A DNA stretch of 42,481 nucleotides from a virus (taxonomy: Duplodnaviria > Caudoviricetes). Made by a program: the position numbers and the translations under genes. Under the pieces are notes generated by a model. The model did no database searches, was not told the DNA's origin, and was given only the letters and a program-made list of their open reading frames with translations. Of the stretch, positions 26,842 to 36,432 are shown piece after piece; position 1 is the stretch's first letter, and each line of letters starts with the position of its first letter. Location of the stretch: positions 1-42,481 of IMG/VR virus record IMGVR_UViG_3300017655_000010. One strand, given 5' to 3'.

Positions 26842-28378
26842 TCGGCTGCTGCTCCTGCTGCTGTTGGGTCATTGCGTTCTTCGCCAGCTCCGGTCCCACG
26901 GCCTGGAGCATCGCCTGCCGCTGGGCCTGCTGCTGCTCCTGCGCCATCTCCTGCGCCGTCTTGAGGAGGTCGTCAGGGATGCCGAGAGAGGTGGCGACCT
27001 TCTGGCTCACCTTGTCGGGCTTGAGGGCTGCCATGCCCTGGTCGCCCAGGATTTCCCGGATGACCCTCCCGAACATCAGCAAGCGGTTCACCTCATGGGA
27101 GCGCCCGAGGGCCTCCATGCCAGTGACCACCGCAGGCTTCACCTTCGGGGGCAGCTTCGGGATACGCCGCTCGTTGGCGAGACGGGCCATCCGAAGGCGG
27201 ACAAAGGGGAGCTGTAGCTCCTGCGCCAGGAGGGCGTAGACACCGCCCAGCGCATCCTCCAGCTCACCGGCCAGGAGGCGAACCTCCTCCGCCGTCACGC
27301 GCTCGGCCTGACGCTGGACGGAGCTGGTCATCAGGAACGCCTGCGCGAGGCGCCGCTCGATGCCGCTCAGGGTGTTGAGGGCGACCGTGAAGTCATTCGC
27401 CTTGTCGATCTTCAAGACGGTGACATCAGTGGCCTTGCCGGGGCGCACAGCGAGGTTCGGTGCTTCGGACACCGTGCGGACCTGCGTTACGCCAGTGGGG
27501 TCTACGAAGATGACCACCTTCGCGGCGGCTGCGGAGCCTTCCACGATGGCGGCCTGTAGGGCCTCACACGAGCGGAGGTCGCCGTAGTATTCCTCGGCGT
27601 GGCCCCGGCCATAGTCCTCTCCGTCGATGCGCGTCCAGCGCAGCACGACGAAGGGACATTCCTCCACCGGCCACTCACCCTCGGACTGAGGGACGATGTG
27701 ACCGGCGATCTCCTGATGAACGCGCATGAAGCGCCCGTCCCGGCGGACCCAGGTGTAGAGGTCCAGGGTGTCCTCGGTGGAACCCGTGCCGGGCGTCGGC
27801 TTCTCGGAGCTGACGAGCTTCCGCACCTTTGGCGGCAGGCTCGACGGGCTGACCTTCTCGTGGACAACCAGCTCCAGCAAGTCGCCGTTCGGCGCCCGCT
27901 TCACGACGTAGCGGTCCAGGCGGTAGGTCTTGAGGCCGCCATCGGGCAGCTCGAACAGGCACACGTTGCCGGTCGCGATGAGCTGCTTGAGGGCCTCGAA
28001 GATCGCCACCCGTGCGGCGGTCGTCTCCACGTCCGTCATCACAGCGTTCTCGATCTTGCCGAGGGCCGCTTCGACTTCCGTGCGGAACTCCTCGGAGCCC
28101 GCCAGCTCGGCCACCAGGGCATCGTCCAGAAGCAGCCGGAAGAAGGGCTGGTTGGGCGGCAGGAGGGCGAGCAGGAGCTTCGAGGCGAGGTTGTTCACGC
28201 CCCGCGCCCCCATGGACTGGTAGGGCTTGGGGAGATTGGTGGAGCCGTTGGCCCCTTCCGGCGGCAGAAGCGCCGGGATGGTTAGGGCGGCGCAGTCCCG
28301 CGCCCGCTCCAGGTAGGGAGAGCGGGTCGTGGAAAGCTGCTCATAGCGCCCCTGTGCGGTGGTCGCTGGTTGGGCCAT
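26825..28378 (-). CDS. Portal / head-tail connector (T7 gp8-like)
   Basis: YQSMGARGVNNLASKLLLALLP, GEDYGRG, ERVTAEEVR. Confidence 0.97.
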   Translation of the reverse strand: MAQPATTAQGRYEQLSTTRSPYLERARDCAALTIPALLPPEGANGSTNLPKPYQSMGARGVNNLASKLLLALLPPNQPFFRLLLDDALVAELAGSEEFRTEVEAALGKIENAVMTDVETTAARVAIFEALKQLIATGNVCLFELPDGGLKTYRLDRYVVKRAPNGDLLELVVHEKVSPSSLPPKVRKLVSSEKPTPGTGSTEDTLDLYTWVRRDGRFMRVHQEIAGHIVPQSEGEWPVEECPFVVLRWTRIDGEDYGRGHAEEYYGDLRSCEALQAAIVEGSAAAAKVVIFVDPTGVTQVRTVSEAPNLAVRPGKATDVTVLKIDKANDFTVALNTLSGIERRLAQAFLMTSSVQRQAERVTAEEVRLLAGELEDALGGVYALLAQELQLPFVRLRMARLANERRIPKLPPKVKPAVVTGMEALGRSHEVNRLLMFGRVIREILGDQGMAALKPDKVSQKVATSLGIPDDLLKTAQEMAQEQQQAQRQAMLQAVGPELAKNAMTQQQQEQQPSGPPA

Positions 28379-28381
28379 GCG

Positions 28382-28822
28382 TTACCCGCGAGGGACGTTC
28401 AGGCCCGCGCCACCAGAACCCGGAGCGGTTGTCTGGAGGTCGATGCGGAGGGCGCGGCGGCCCTTGCGCTGACTGTCCAGGAGCGCGTCGTCCTCGCTCA
28501 CCGGGGCATCCTCCTGCCCGTTGTTGGTCTGCACCAGGGACGGCAGGGAGGCGGCGTGCTGGGCCGCGATCAGGGCGTTGTATTGCGCGGCCTCGCGCTC
28601 GGCGGCCTGCGTCTGCAAGTCCTCGATCTTGGAGATGTAGGTGTTCTGCGTCTGCTGGAACGCCTTCTGGCTCTCATAGAGCGCAGCCTGCTGCTTCTCC
28701 ATGGCGGCCCGCTGTTCCGCGATCAGACGCTCCTGCTCCTGCTGCCGGGCTTGTGCGGCCAGCTCCTCGGCGGACGGACCCTTCTTCTTGCCGCCGCCAA
28801 AGATGCTCGAAAACCAACCCAT
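28382..28822 (-). CDS. Small virion protein (gp6.7/7.3-like position)
   Basis: MGWFSSIFGG start, KGRRALRIDL...GLNVP end, directly upstream of portal. Confidence 0.7.
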   Translation of the reverse strand: MGWFSSIFGGGKKKGPSAEELAAQARQQEQERLIAEQRAAMEKQQAALYESQKAFQQTQNTYISKIEDLQTQAAEREAAQYNALIAAQHAASLPSLVQTNNGQEDAPVSEDDALLDSQRKGRRALRIDLQTTAPGSGGAGLNVPRG

Positions 28823-28825
28823 AGG

Positions 28826-29014
28826 TTATCCTTCTCCTGTCAGGGTGTTGGCCTGCTGGCGGGCGTGCGTGTCGCGGAGGAAGTCCACGACGCGGCGCTG
28901 GCCCACCTCGATCCAGATGTGACGGTCGGATTGCTCGGGGTCGGGGGAGCGGAGCGGGAACAGCTTATCCAATGCCGCCACCAGCTCGGCTGGGACTGTG
29001 GGAAATCTTTCCAA
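28826..29014 (-). CDS. Hypothetical protein (62 aa, TTG start)
   Basis: LDKLFPLRSP...GQRRVVDFL; GGAG RBS just downstream of a phage promoter. Confidence 0.65.
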   Translation of the reverse strand: MERFPTVPAELVAALDKLFPLRSPDPEQSDRHIWIEVGQRRVVDFLRDTHARQQANTLTGEG

Positions 29015-29030
29015 GGGAGAATTTTCTCCA

Positions 29031-29050
29031 GTGGGGTAGGGAAACCTATT
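29031..29050 (-). promoter_or_regulatory. Putative late phage RNAP promoter
   Basis: AATAGGTTTCCCTACCCCAC variant at the start of the structural module; family-B site at 29056. Confidence 0.6.
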
Positions 29051-29073
29051 CGGCCTCCCACCCGTGGGACCAA

Positions 29074-29670
29074 TCAGGCGCGGGTTGAGCCCGTCCAGGC
29101 GTAGGAGCTGACCTTCGGGGCCACATCCAGCGCATACTGGACGGCGTTCGGGTAGTCGTTGACGACCTTGATGGAGAACACCTCGTTGTCCAGGGCGCCC
29201 TCCGAGGAGTGCCCCCCTGCCCGCTCGACGCCTGGCTTGGAGACGTGGACGGTGATGCCGTCGTCCTCCGCGATGGCGTCGTACTCGTTGGGGAACCGCA
29301 TGTCGTCCGTCACCACGGCGACACCCATGTCCCGAAGCTTGTTGGCCTTCACGCGGAACATCTCCACCCAGAAGTTGGAGCCCATGCAAGCGCGGCCCCA
29401 TTCGGTGCCGAGGGTCTGCATGGCGTGGCGGGTGGTTGCGCCGCCGAGGTACGGGTTCGGGGCCTCCTTGAGGTCGCCCTCAATGTATCGCTCGATGTCG
29501 CCTGCGGGGCACCCCACCTCGACCAGGAGGGCGCGGATCATCGCCTTCAAAGGTGCAGCGAACTTCACCGTCTGCCAGCCGAAGCCGCCGAGGGCCTTGG
29601 CGAGGGTGGTCTTTCCGCTCTGGGCGGCGGGGGCGTAGAGCCCCACGAGGGGGGCGCGGCGCTTCTGCAT
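29074..29670 (-). CDS. Deoxynucleoside monophosphate kinase
   Basis: AQSGKTT P-loop, FAAPLK, RHAMQTLGTEWGR, DDMRFPNE, HSSE. Confidence 0.9.
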   Translation of the reverse strand: MQKRRAPLVGLYAPAAQSGKTTLAKALGGFGWQTVKFAAPLKAMIRALLVEVGCPAGDIERYIEGDLKEAPNPYLGGATTRHAMQTLGTEWGRACMGSNFWVEMFRVKANKLRDMGVAVVTDDMRFPNEYDAIAEDDGITVHVSKPGVERAGGHSSEGALDNEVFSIKVVNDYPNAVQYALDVAPKVSSYAWTGSTRA

Positions 29671-29882
29671 CAGACGGACACCTCCTCGTCCGAGGCGTAC
29701 ACGGGGACGATCTTCATGCGGGCGGCAAACGCCCCGTCGCTCTCCCGGTAGGCCCGCTGCGCGGCTCGGGCATAGGCGGGGGTCTTGTAAATCTTGCCCC
29801 GGTAGCCGCCCCGATACACGTCGGCCTGGTGGGTTCGATGGAAGGCGATGTAGCCGATAACGGCGGGCTTCACGGGGTCCAT
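29670..29882 (-). CDS. Hypothetical protein (70 aa, start MDPVK)
   Basis: AAGGA RBS; coupled to neighbours. Confidence 0.55.
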   Translation of the reverse strand: MDPVKPAVIGYIAFHRTHQADVYRGGYRGKIYKTPAYARAAQRAYRESDGAFAARMKIVPVYASDEEVSV

Positions 29883-30610
29883 AGGATGGGTTCCTTTTTG
29901 GTGAAGTCGTAGTCGGTTGAACGGAGGATGCGGGCGCAGCGGGCCTGCACGATGGCGTCGTCCTCGGTGAGGCCGTACTTCTCGTAGGTGCGGACCACCG
30001 CGTCCCACGAACATTCCTTGTCGAGGATGTCCTTGGCCTTCTTCGGGCCGATGCCTGGGCAGCCCGGATACTCGTCCGTCGTGTCCCCCGTGAGGGTCTG
30101 GTAGAGGTGCGCCCGGTCGGCGTCCTCCTCGGACACGTCCACGACACCCTTGTCCGGGTCGGTCGTGCGGTAGAACTTGCCGGGGATCGTGAAGAAGTCC
30201 TTGTCGGCGGACACGATGATCTTCTCGCCCTTGATGATGGACGGGTGCGTGGCGAGGATGCCCAGCACGTCGTCGGCCTCCAGGTTCGGGCGGAGGCGGG
30301 CGCTGTAGTTGTCGATCAGGTGTTGCCGCATGACGGGCAGGACGAGCGGCTTGCGCTTGAGCTTGCGCTTGCCCTTGTAGTCGGGCCAGACGGAGTTGCG
30401 GAAGTTGGCGCCCTGGTCGGTGACGGCCACGGCAATCTTCTTCACGCCGAGGGCTTCCTGCACGGAGGCCAGCGCATCGTCCAGGCGAGCGAGCGCCTCG
30501 TCCTCGTTGGCGTGGAGGGTCCAGATGCCTCCACCCCAATCCGTGGCCCGCTCGACGGCGGCAGCGGCGTTGTAGGCGAAGCCGTCGCCGTCGATCAGGA
30601 GAGTGGTCAA
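29870..30610 (-). CDS. 5'-3' exonuclease (T7 gp6-like)
   Basis: LLIDGD, YKGKR, LEADDVLGI, SADKDF, GDTTDEYPGCPGIG. Confidence 0.95.
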   Translation of the reverse strand: MTTLLIDGDGFAYNAAAAVERATDWGGGIWTLHANEDEALARLDDALASVQEALGVKKIAVAVTDQGANFRNSVWPDYKGKRKLKRKPLVLPVMRQHLIDNYSARLRPNLEADDVLGILATHPSIIKGEKIIVSADKDFFTIPGKFYRTTDPDKGVVDVSEEDADRAHLYQTLTGDTTDEYPGCPGIGPKKAKDILDKECSWDAVVRTYEKYGLTEDDAIVQARCARILRSTDYDFTKKEPILWTP

Positions 30611-30616
30611 GTCGGG

Positions 30617-30949
30617 TCAGCCCTTTCGCTTGTAGATGGGGGAACCTTCCAGGGCGTCCTGGATGGTGAGCATCAGCTCGGGATTGTCGCGGATCACTTG
30701 GGCCAGGCCCTTCGCGAGCAGCGTGGCGGCCTCCTCCTCGTCCACCTTCGGGGGCAGCCCGTAGGCATCCCAGATGGCGTGGATGGTTTCGTGGATCGCG
30801 ACTTCGGCCTGCACGTCGGCGGGCTGCGAGCTGTCAACGCTGATGGTTCCGGCGCCGGGGCGGAACAGGCCGATGGCGCCGTTGTCGCTCGCCTCCCCTG
30901 GGTCCATGGGACGCAGGGAGATGGTGCGGTGGCCTACGCGGATGTCCAT
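30617..30949 (-). CDS. HExxH metallopeptidase-like protein
   Basis: IHETIHAI...EEE motif. Confidence 0.65.
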   Translation of the reverse strand: MDIRVGHRTISLRPMDPGEASDNGAIGLFRPGAGTISVDSSQPADVQAEVAIHETIHAIWDAYGLPPKVDEEEAATLLAKGLAQVIRDNPELMLTIQDALEGSPIYKRKG

Positions 30950-31001
30950 TAGTCTCGGAACAGGGCGTCGTAGAGGATCAGCGCGAGGGCAGCGACGACG
31001 A

Positions 31002-31190
31002 TCAGCGCCGCCACTTCGGACCAGCCACGATGAGGTACACCAGGGCGGTCGTGAGGGCGCCGAAACCGGCGATGCACCAGAGGATGAACGGGGCGAGGAT
31101 GATGCCCCCGATGACCGTCCATGACACGGCGGCGAGGCCAGCCGCGTTGAGGACGGCGAGGAGGAACGCGAACAGGAGGAGGGTGGTCAG
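31002..31190 (-). CDS. Small membrane protein (start uncertain)
   Basis: Two hydrophobic segments after a GGAG RBS; only a CTG candidate start. Confidence 0.35.
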   Translation of the reverse strand: MTTLLLFAFLLAVLNAAGLAAVSWTVIGGIILAPFILWCIAGFGALTTALVYLIVAGPKWRR

Positions 31191-31786
31191 GATGGTTCTC
31201 CGATGTGTTGGGCCTCGGCGGCAAGGATCGCCTCTCCCTCCGCGTCGTAGAGGAAGGAGACGAAGGCGAAGCGGCGACCAGAGGTGACGGGGCGGACAAG
31301 GTGCAGTTGACTGCACTCGAACAGGACGGCGGTTCCGGCGGGCGGCTTGAGGCTCATGCCCAGCTCGGGAAGCTCCAGCTCGCCGCCCTCGAAGTCGTCG
31401 TTGAGGATGACCGAGAGGGCCACCTGACGATGCCGGGTACCGGGGTACTCGTCGTCCCGGTGGGCCTTGAAGTGGCCTCCAGCGGCGCTGTCGTAGGAGC
31501 CCACCAGGAGCCGCTCCAGGCGGGTCAGCTCCCGTCCGAAGGCTACCCTAGCGGCGGGCAGGACGCGGGCCTGTAGCTGCGCCAGGACCACCTTGCCGAC
31601 GAACTCGGTCGGGTCCAGGAGGAGGTCCGAACGGCTCTTGACGGAGCGGTCCAGAACCTCCCATGTCTTGCCGTCCGCGCCCGGCTGCATGAAGCCGCTC
31701 TCGCGCACCTCACCGATGCCGTGCAGGGACCGTAGGCCGAGGCAGAGGGTGGGCGTGAAGGCGCCCGGAATGACCAGGACCGTCAC
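31187..31786 (-). CDS. 2OG-Fe(II) oxygenase
   Basis: HRDD (HxD), LNDDFEGGEL, LHLVRPVTSGRR; GTGA overlap start. Confidence 0.9.
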   Translation of the reverse strand: MTVLVIPGAFTPTLCLGLRSLHGIGEVRESGFMQPGADGKTWEVLDRSVKSRSDLLLDPTEFVGKVVLAQLQARVLPAARVAFGRELTRLERLLVGSYDSAAGGHFKAHRDDEYPGTRHRQVALSVILNDDFEGGELELPELGMSLKPPAGTAVLFECSQLHLVRPVTSGRRFAFVSFLYDAEGEAILAAEAQHIGEPS

Positions 31787-31953
31787 TTCACCCACGCCTC
31801 CACCAGGGGGATCGGCATGAGATGGACGGGGAGCTTCACGCCCTTGTCCGCCACCTCCTGGAGCAGCTCGCCCAGCGTCTTTCCGGGCGGCACCACGAGG
31901 ACACCGCAAACCCCGGTGTCCATGCGGTAGCTGTAGGCGCGGTACTCAGTCAT
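31783..31953 (-). CDS. Hypothetical protein (56 aa, start MTEYR)
   Basis: ATGA overlap; GGAG RBS. Confidence 0.55.
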   Translation of the reverse strand: MTEYRAYSYRMDTGVCGVLVVPPGKTLGELLQEVADKGVKLPVHLMPIPLVEAWVK

Positions 31954-32390
31954 CGCCGCCGCTCCCGGATGCGGAGGCCCCGCAGGATGCGGAGCGCCCG
32001 CTCGGGCTCGATGACGAACCACTCTCCACGAAGGCGGCAGTCCCGCAGGACGTGATGAACAGCCGCCTCGGCAGCGTGATAGTCGGTGAAGTGGACTGCA
32101 CCAACGAGACGGTAACGGGAGTGGGGGGACCAAGTGTTGGCTGCGGCGAGCCGCCGAGCCGGATCAACAGCGCGGCCCACCTTAGCGTTGCCAGGGTAAG
32201 CCGGATGAGAGAGGACATAGAGGTATCCCTCAGTGGGTGTCGGCCCAGGTGCGGCCTTTCTCGAACTGGCCTGCGAGCGGACAGCGGAACCCGAAGCTCT
32301 TTCCTGCGACGTGGATCGCGTCTGCCGCCGCTTGGCCGACTTCATCGGCAATCTCGGGGCGAACCTCGATCTGCCATTCATCGTGGACAT
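31950..32390 (-). CDS. T5orf172/GIY-YIG-like domain protein (start uncertain)
   Basis: YLYVL...KVGRAVDPARRL...EAAVHHVL...GEWF. Confidence 0.65.
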   Translation of the reverse strand: MSTMNGRSRFAPRLPMKSAKRRQTRSTSQERASGSAVRSQASSRKAAPGPTPTEGYLYVLSHPAYPGNAKVGRAVDPARRLAAANTWSPHSRYRLVGAVHFTDYHAAEAAVHHVLRDCRLRGEWFVIEPERALRILRGLRIRERRR

Positions 32391-34095
32391 TGGCGACGAA
32401 CTCGTAGTCCTTTCCGGGGACGTAGCCCCGTCCTTGAAGGTTCACGTCCAGGAGGACGAGGCCCAGCTTCATCACGAGGGCGCCCGCCGACTGGAGCAGG
32501 GTGTTGAGGGCGGCGTGTTCGGAGCGGACGTAGAGCTTCCGACCGTCCAGCCCGATGAGGTACTTGCGCTGCCGTGCGGCGACCTTGACGGCCTCCACCA
32601 GCTTGCCCAGCGCGGGGAGGTTCTTGAGGAACCGTGCGCGGGACCGCTTGCCAGCGAGGCGGGCTGCCTCACCCGGCGCCTTGCCGAGGATCAGGCCGAG
32701 CTTCTCGTCGCCCGCCCCGTAGATGAAGGCGTAGAACCAGGTCTTGGCGATGTCGCGCCCAGGCTGTTCCTTGCCGCCGACGAGGTACTTCCCCTTCGGC
32801 TCCATCCCGAGGGCTCGGCAGTTGACCGAGTGGATGTCGGTGCCGTCCTCTTTCCGGCCCTCCAGGACCGTCTTGACGTAGGCGCCCTCGTCGTACCGCG
32901 CCATGAAGTGGGCGAGGCAGCGAAGCTCCAGGGCGTCCGCGTCACATCCGACCAGAACGAAGCCCACGCCTGCGATGAACAGGGCGCGGCACTCGTGGCC
33001 GTAGGGCGACCGTGAGGCGGGCACTTGGGCCATGTTCGGCTTGCTGTGCGTCATCCGTCCGGTGACTGCGCCGTTGGTTTCGACGCGACCGTGGATGCGC
33101 CCGTCCGCCTGCACCGCCTTGAGCCACGCCTCGTTGCCCGTGGCGAGCTGGCCGATGCGCTTCTCCAGGAGGAGGAACGAGGAGAGGAGCTTCGCCTCGG
33201 GGTACGGGAGCTGCGAGAGGACCGTCTCGTCCACCTTCGCTTTGCCGTTCTCGGTGAACTCGGTGGGTTCCCAGCCGAGCATCCGAAGGCGCTTCGCGAT
33301 GTGGTCGCGAGAGGCGGGGTTGAACTCCTCGATGCGGACCTTCTCGGTCGGCACGCCCTTGACGTAACCGAGCTTCCGGTTGGAGGACTTCGGCGTGAAC
33401 GGGGTGCGGATGGTCAGCGGCGGGAACGCCGTCGCCAGCTCCTTCTCCACGTCCAGGCGCTTCTGCACCAGGATGGCGTAGAGCCGGTGGGCGGCCTCAC
33501 TGTCGAAGGTGAAGCCGTGGCGCTCCTGCCGGGAGACGATAGTGGCTACGTCGTGTTCGAGGGCGTAGCTGCGCTCGTCCCACTCCTCGCGAACGAGGCG
33601 ACCATAGAGCGCGAACGTGACTTCCACGTCCTGCTCGCAGTAGTCCTGCATCTCGCGGGACCACGCGCCCCACGGACCCTTGTAGTCGCCCTTGTAGTTG
33701 ACCAGCCGGTAGCCGAAGGCTTCCAGCGAGTACCGCCCGATCAGGTTCCCTGGGAGCTTCCCGGCCTTGTGGAGCCCGAAGTCCTTGTCCTTGATGACAT
33801 CCTTCGGCCAGACCACGCGGGCCATGACCAGGGTGTCCCGGACGGTTCCCTTCGGCTTCCACCCAGGAACGACCTTCTGGATCGCCGGGATGTCGAAGTT
33901 GATGACGTTGTGGCCGACGATGAGGTCAGCCTCGGCCAGATGGCGGAGCCCCTCCGCGACGGACTGGTAGGTCCGGTCGTCGTCGGTGCAGCTCCACACC
34001 TTGCCGGTGTCGATGTCCTTGATGACGAGCGAGTGGATGCGGGTCAGCTCAGGGAGCAGCCCGTCCGTCTCGATGTCGAAGATGTAGCGTGACAA
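32230..34095 (-). CDS. DNA polymerase family A (T7 gp5-like)
   Basis: FDIETDG Exo I, GHNVINFD Exo II, YCEQDV Exo III, DADALELR motif A, AKTWFYAFIYG motif B, VHDEWQ motif C. Confidence 0.97.
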   Translation of the reverse strand: MSRYIFDIETDGLLPELTRIHSLVIKDIDTGKVWSCTDDDRTYQSVAEGLRHLAEADLIVGHNVINFDIPAIQKVVPGWKPKGTVRDTLVMARVVWPKDVIKDKDFGLHKAGKLPGNLIGRYSLEAFGYRLVNYKGDYKGPWGAWSREMQDYCEQDVEVTFALYGRLVREEWDERSYALEHDVATIVSRQERHGFTFDSEAAHRLYAILVQKRLDVEKELATAFPPLTIRTPFTPKSSNRKLGYVKGVPTEKVRIEEFNPASRDHIAKRLRMLGWEPTEFTENGKAKVDETVLSQLPYPEAKLLSSFLLLEKRIGQLATGNEAWLKAVQADGRIHGRVETNGAVTGRMTHSKPNMAQVPASRSPYGHECRALFIAGVGFVLVGCDADALELRCLAHFMARYDEGAYVKTVLEGRKEDGTDIHSVNCRALGMEPKGKYLVGGKEQPGRDIAKTWFYAFIYGAGDEKLGLILGKAPGEAARLAGKRSRARFLKNLPALGKLVEAVKVAARQRKYLIGLDGRKLYVRSEHAALNTLLQSAGALVMKLGLVLLDVNLQGRGYVPGKDYEFVANVHDEWQIEVRPEIADEVGQAAADAIHVAGKSFGFRCPLAGQFEKGRTWADTH

Positions 34096-34140
34096 ATAGC
34101 CTTCCCTTACGAAGGCCAGGAAGCTCCCAGGGGCGGGAGC

Positions 34141-34566
34141 TTACAGGCGATAGAACTGGTGGTTGCCGAGGATGGCGACCGGCTTCTGGCCCTTGGCCCA
34201 GGCGGTGCGGTTGGCGACGGCCTTGGTGCAGTAGTGGTTGGCGCCGTTGGTGATGTCCGGGAGGCCCTCCAGGAACACCGCCTGGGCGGCCATGATGCAC
34301 TTGTCCCAGACCGGGTTCTGGCCGCGCACCGGGGGCTCGCGAACGAGGCTCTCCAGGTGGGGCCGGTTGGGGTCGTTGGGGTTCCAGCAAGAGAACTGCC
34401 AGGGCTTGGTGCAGACGCTCCGGATGTCGGTGCCCCACCAGCCGGGTTTGTTGGCCCGGTTGCTGATGACGCAAGCGACGGCGAGCAGGCCGGTCAGTCC
34501 CTCCCCTCGCGCCTCGCCCCAGAGGGTGGCCGCCAGGGTGTTCAGGGTGGTGTAGTCAGTGGACAT
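34141..34566 (-). CDS. SleB-like cell wall hydrolase (Hydrolase_2)
   Basis: WGEARGEG...VISNR, QFSCWN, GANHY, GNHQFY. Confidence 0.9.
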   Translation of the reverse strand: MSTDYTTLNTLAATLWGEARGEGLTGLLAVACVISNRANKPGWWGTDIRSVCTKPWQFSCWNPNDPNRPHLESLVREPPVRGQNPVWDKCIMAAQAVFLEGLPDITNGANHYCTKAVANRTAWAKGQKPVAILGNHQFYRL

Positions 34567-34753
34567 CGGTGCCCCCTACGAGGCGCGGCTTGGGCAGGAG
34601 TGCCATCAGCTCGCGCCGCTGGTTGATGAGTTGCTGGAGGGACACGGCGGCGGCTGCCGACTTGTCCACCTCCACGGCCTTGCGGGCGCGTTGGATTGCG
34701 CCCGACAAAGCGATGACCTTGGTGAGCTTCTCGCCCGCCTCGTGGTTGAGCAT
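34556..34753 (-). CDS. Hypothetical protein
   Basis: 65 aa, coupled between gp4 and the hydrolase. Confidence 0.6.
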   Translation of the reverse strand: MLNHEAGEKLTKVIALSGAIQRARKAVEVDKSAAAAVSLQQLINQRRELMALLPKPRLVGGTDVH

Positions 34754-36432
34754 CAGAACTCTCCGTCTACGCTCCCGAAGGTGGGAGCATCATCGCGCAT
34801 GAAATCCAGGCTCACCTCGCGGAGGCGCCCCGTCTCGCGGTCGTACTCCAGGTTGCAGGCGATACCCGTGTCCCCGGTGAACCGCATCTTGAGGACGCGG
34901 AGCGTGGTGATGTTCTTGGTTTTCTCGTCCTGCTGGTCGCGCTCGGCGCCGATCACGCAGTCGGAGAGCTGGGCGATGGAGTGGGAACCCCGGAGCTGGG
35001 ACAGCGAAGTCTCGGCGCCCTGCTCGTGCCCCTTGTCCCCCGCCGGGCGGCGAAGGTGAGACACAATCAGCATTCCGCAGCCCAGCTCTTGGACCAGGGT
35101 ACGGAGCTTGGTCATCAGAACGTCGATGGTCTTGCGCTCGTCGCCGTCCTCCATGCCCGACACCACAATGGAGAGGTGGTCGAGGATGATCCAGCCGCAG
35201 CCACAGGACTGCACCAGGAACCGGATGCGGTTGAGGAGGTTGTCGCCCTCGGTCGAGCCGAAGTGGTCGTACAGGTGCAGTCTACTGCACCCTCCGATCC
35301 GCTCGAAGGCTTCCCTTCGGGCCTGCTGCTCCTCCTCCCCGAGGTCGTCCCACGGGGTCATGTCCAGGTGGATCGGGCGGGACAGCTCGATGCCGATCAG
35401 GCCGTCCAGGGTGCGGTCGTTGCCCTCCTCCAGCATCAGCATCCCCACCGTCTCGCCCTCCCGCAGGAGGTGGTGGGTCAGCTCGCGGACGATGGCCGAC
35501 TTGCCGACACCGGAGCCCGCCGTGAAGGTCCACAGCTCGCCCCGTCGCAGGCCCATGGTCTTGTCCTGGAGGCCCTTCCACGGGAGCGGGACCGGGGTGG
35601 CGGTGGCCTGCTGCTTCTTGGCCTTGTAGGCTTCCCACAGCTCCTCGCCCCCGACGATCCCGTCCGGGCGCCAGGTCTTGGCTCCCCAGATGGCGTCGAT
35701 GACGAGCTTGCCTTGGCCCGCCTTGAGGGCGTCGTTCGCGTCCTTGAAGCCAGGTATCCGGGCCACCTTGACGCGGCCCACAGGGAGCAGCGGGGCGCAC
35801 TCCTCGACGGCCTCGCGGCCCACCTCGTCGTCATCGAAGAACAGGACGATCTCCTCGAACCCGAGGAGCCACTCCATTTCCTTCTTGATGTCGCGCTTGG
35901 CGCCGCCCGCCCCGTTCTTGACGGAGACGACAGGCCACTTGTTGTCCTGGAGCTGGCTCACCGTGAGGCAGTCGATCTCGCCCTCACAGATGATGAGCTT
36001 CTTGCCCTTGTCCCTCCAGCGGTGCTGCCCGTAGAAGCCGAGCGCCGCCTTCGGGTCGCCCAGGAAGGTGAAGTCCTTGTTGCCGAAGCGGACCTTCTGC
36101 GCCACCACCCGCCCGTTGGCGTCGTGGTACTGCGCCACCTGGACGGCCTGCCCCTTGAAGTCGTCGCAGAGCTGGTAGCCGAAGAACTTACAGGTGTCCT
36201 CTTTGATCCCGCGCTTGGTCAGCGGGCCGAGATACCCGTCAGTGATGAGGTCTTTCGTCACGGCTCCTCTCTTGGGGGCGGACGAGGCCGAAGCCCCGTC
36301 GCCGGGTTTCCAGGTGTCGCAGGCGAAGCAGTAGGTGTGCCCGTCCGAGTAGAGGCTGTTCGCGTCGGACGAGCCGCACTCCTCGCATGGGACGTGCTGG
36401 ACGAACTCGCTCTCGTCAGTTGCCGAGCGCAT
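34753..36432 (-). CDS. Primase-helicase (T7 gp4-like)
   Basis: CEECGSSDANS...CFAC zinc finger, EGEIDC toprim, AGSGVGKS, ILDHLSIV, LRGSHSIAQLSD. Confidence 0.97.
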   Translation of the reverse strand: MRSATDESEFVQHVPCEECGSSDANSLYSDGHTYCFACDTWKPGDGASASSAPKRGAVTKDLITDGYLGPLTKRGIKEDTCKFFGYQLCDDFKGQAVQVAQYHDANGRVVAQKVRFGNKDFTFLGDPKAALGFYGQHRWRDKGKKLIICEGEIDCLTVSQLQDNKWPVVSVKNGAGGAKRDIKKEMEWLLGFEEIVLFFDDDEVGREAVEECAPLLPVGRVKVARIPGFKDANDALKAGQGKLVIDAIWGAKTWRPDGIVGGEELWEAYKAKKQQATATPVPLPWKGLQDKTMGLRRGELWTFTAGSGVGKSAIVRELTHHLLREGETVGMLMLEEGNDRTLDGLIGIELSRPIHLDMTPWDDLGEEEQQARREAFERIGGCSRLHLYDHFGSTEGDNLLNRIRFLVQSCGCGWIILDHLSIVVSGMEDGDERKTIDVLMTKLRTLVQELGCGMLIVSHLRRPAGDKGHEQGAETSLSQLRGSHSIAQLSDCVIGAERDQQDEKTKNITTLRVLKMRFTGDTGIACNLEYDRETGRLREVSLDFMRDDAPTFGSVDGEF

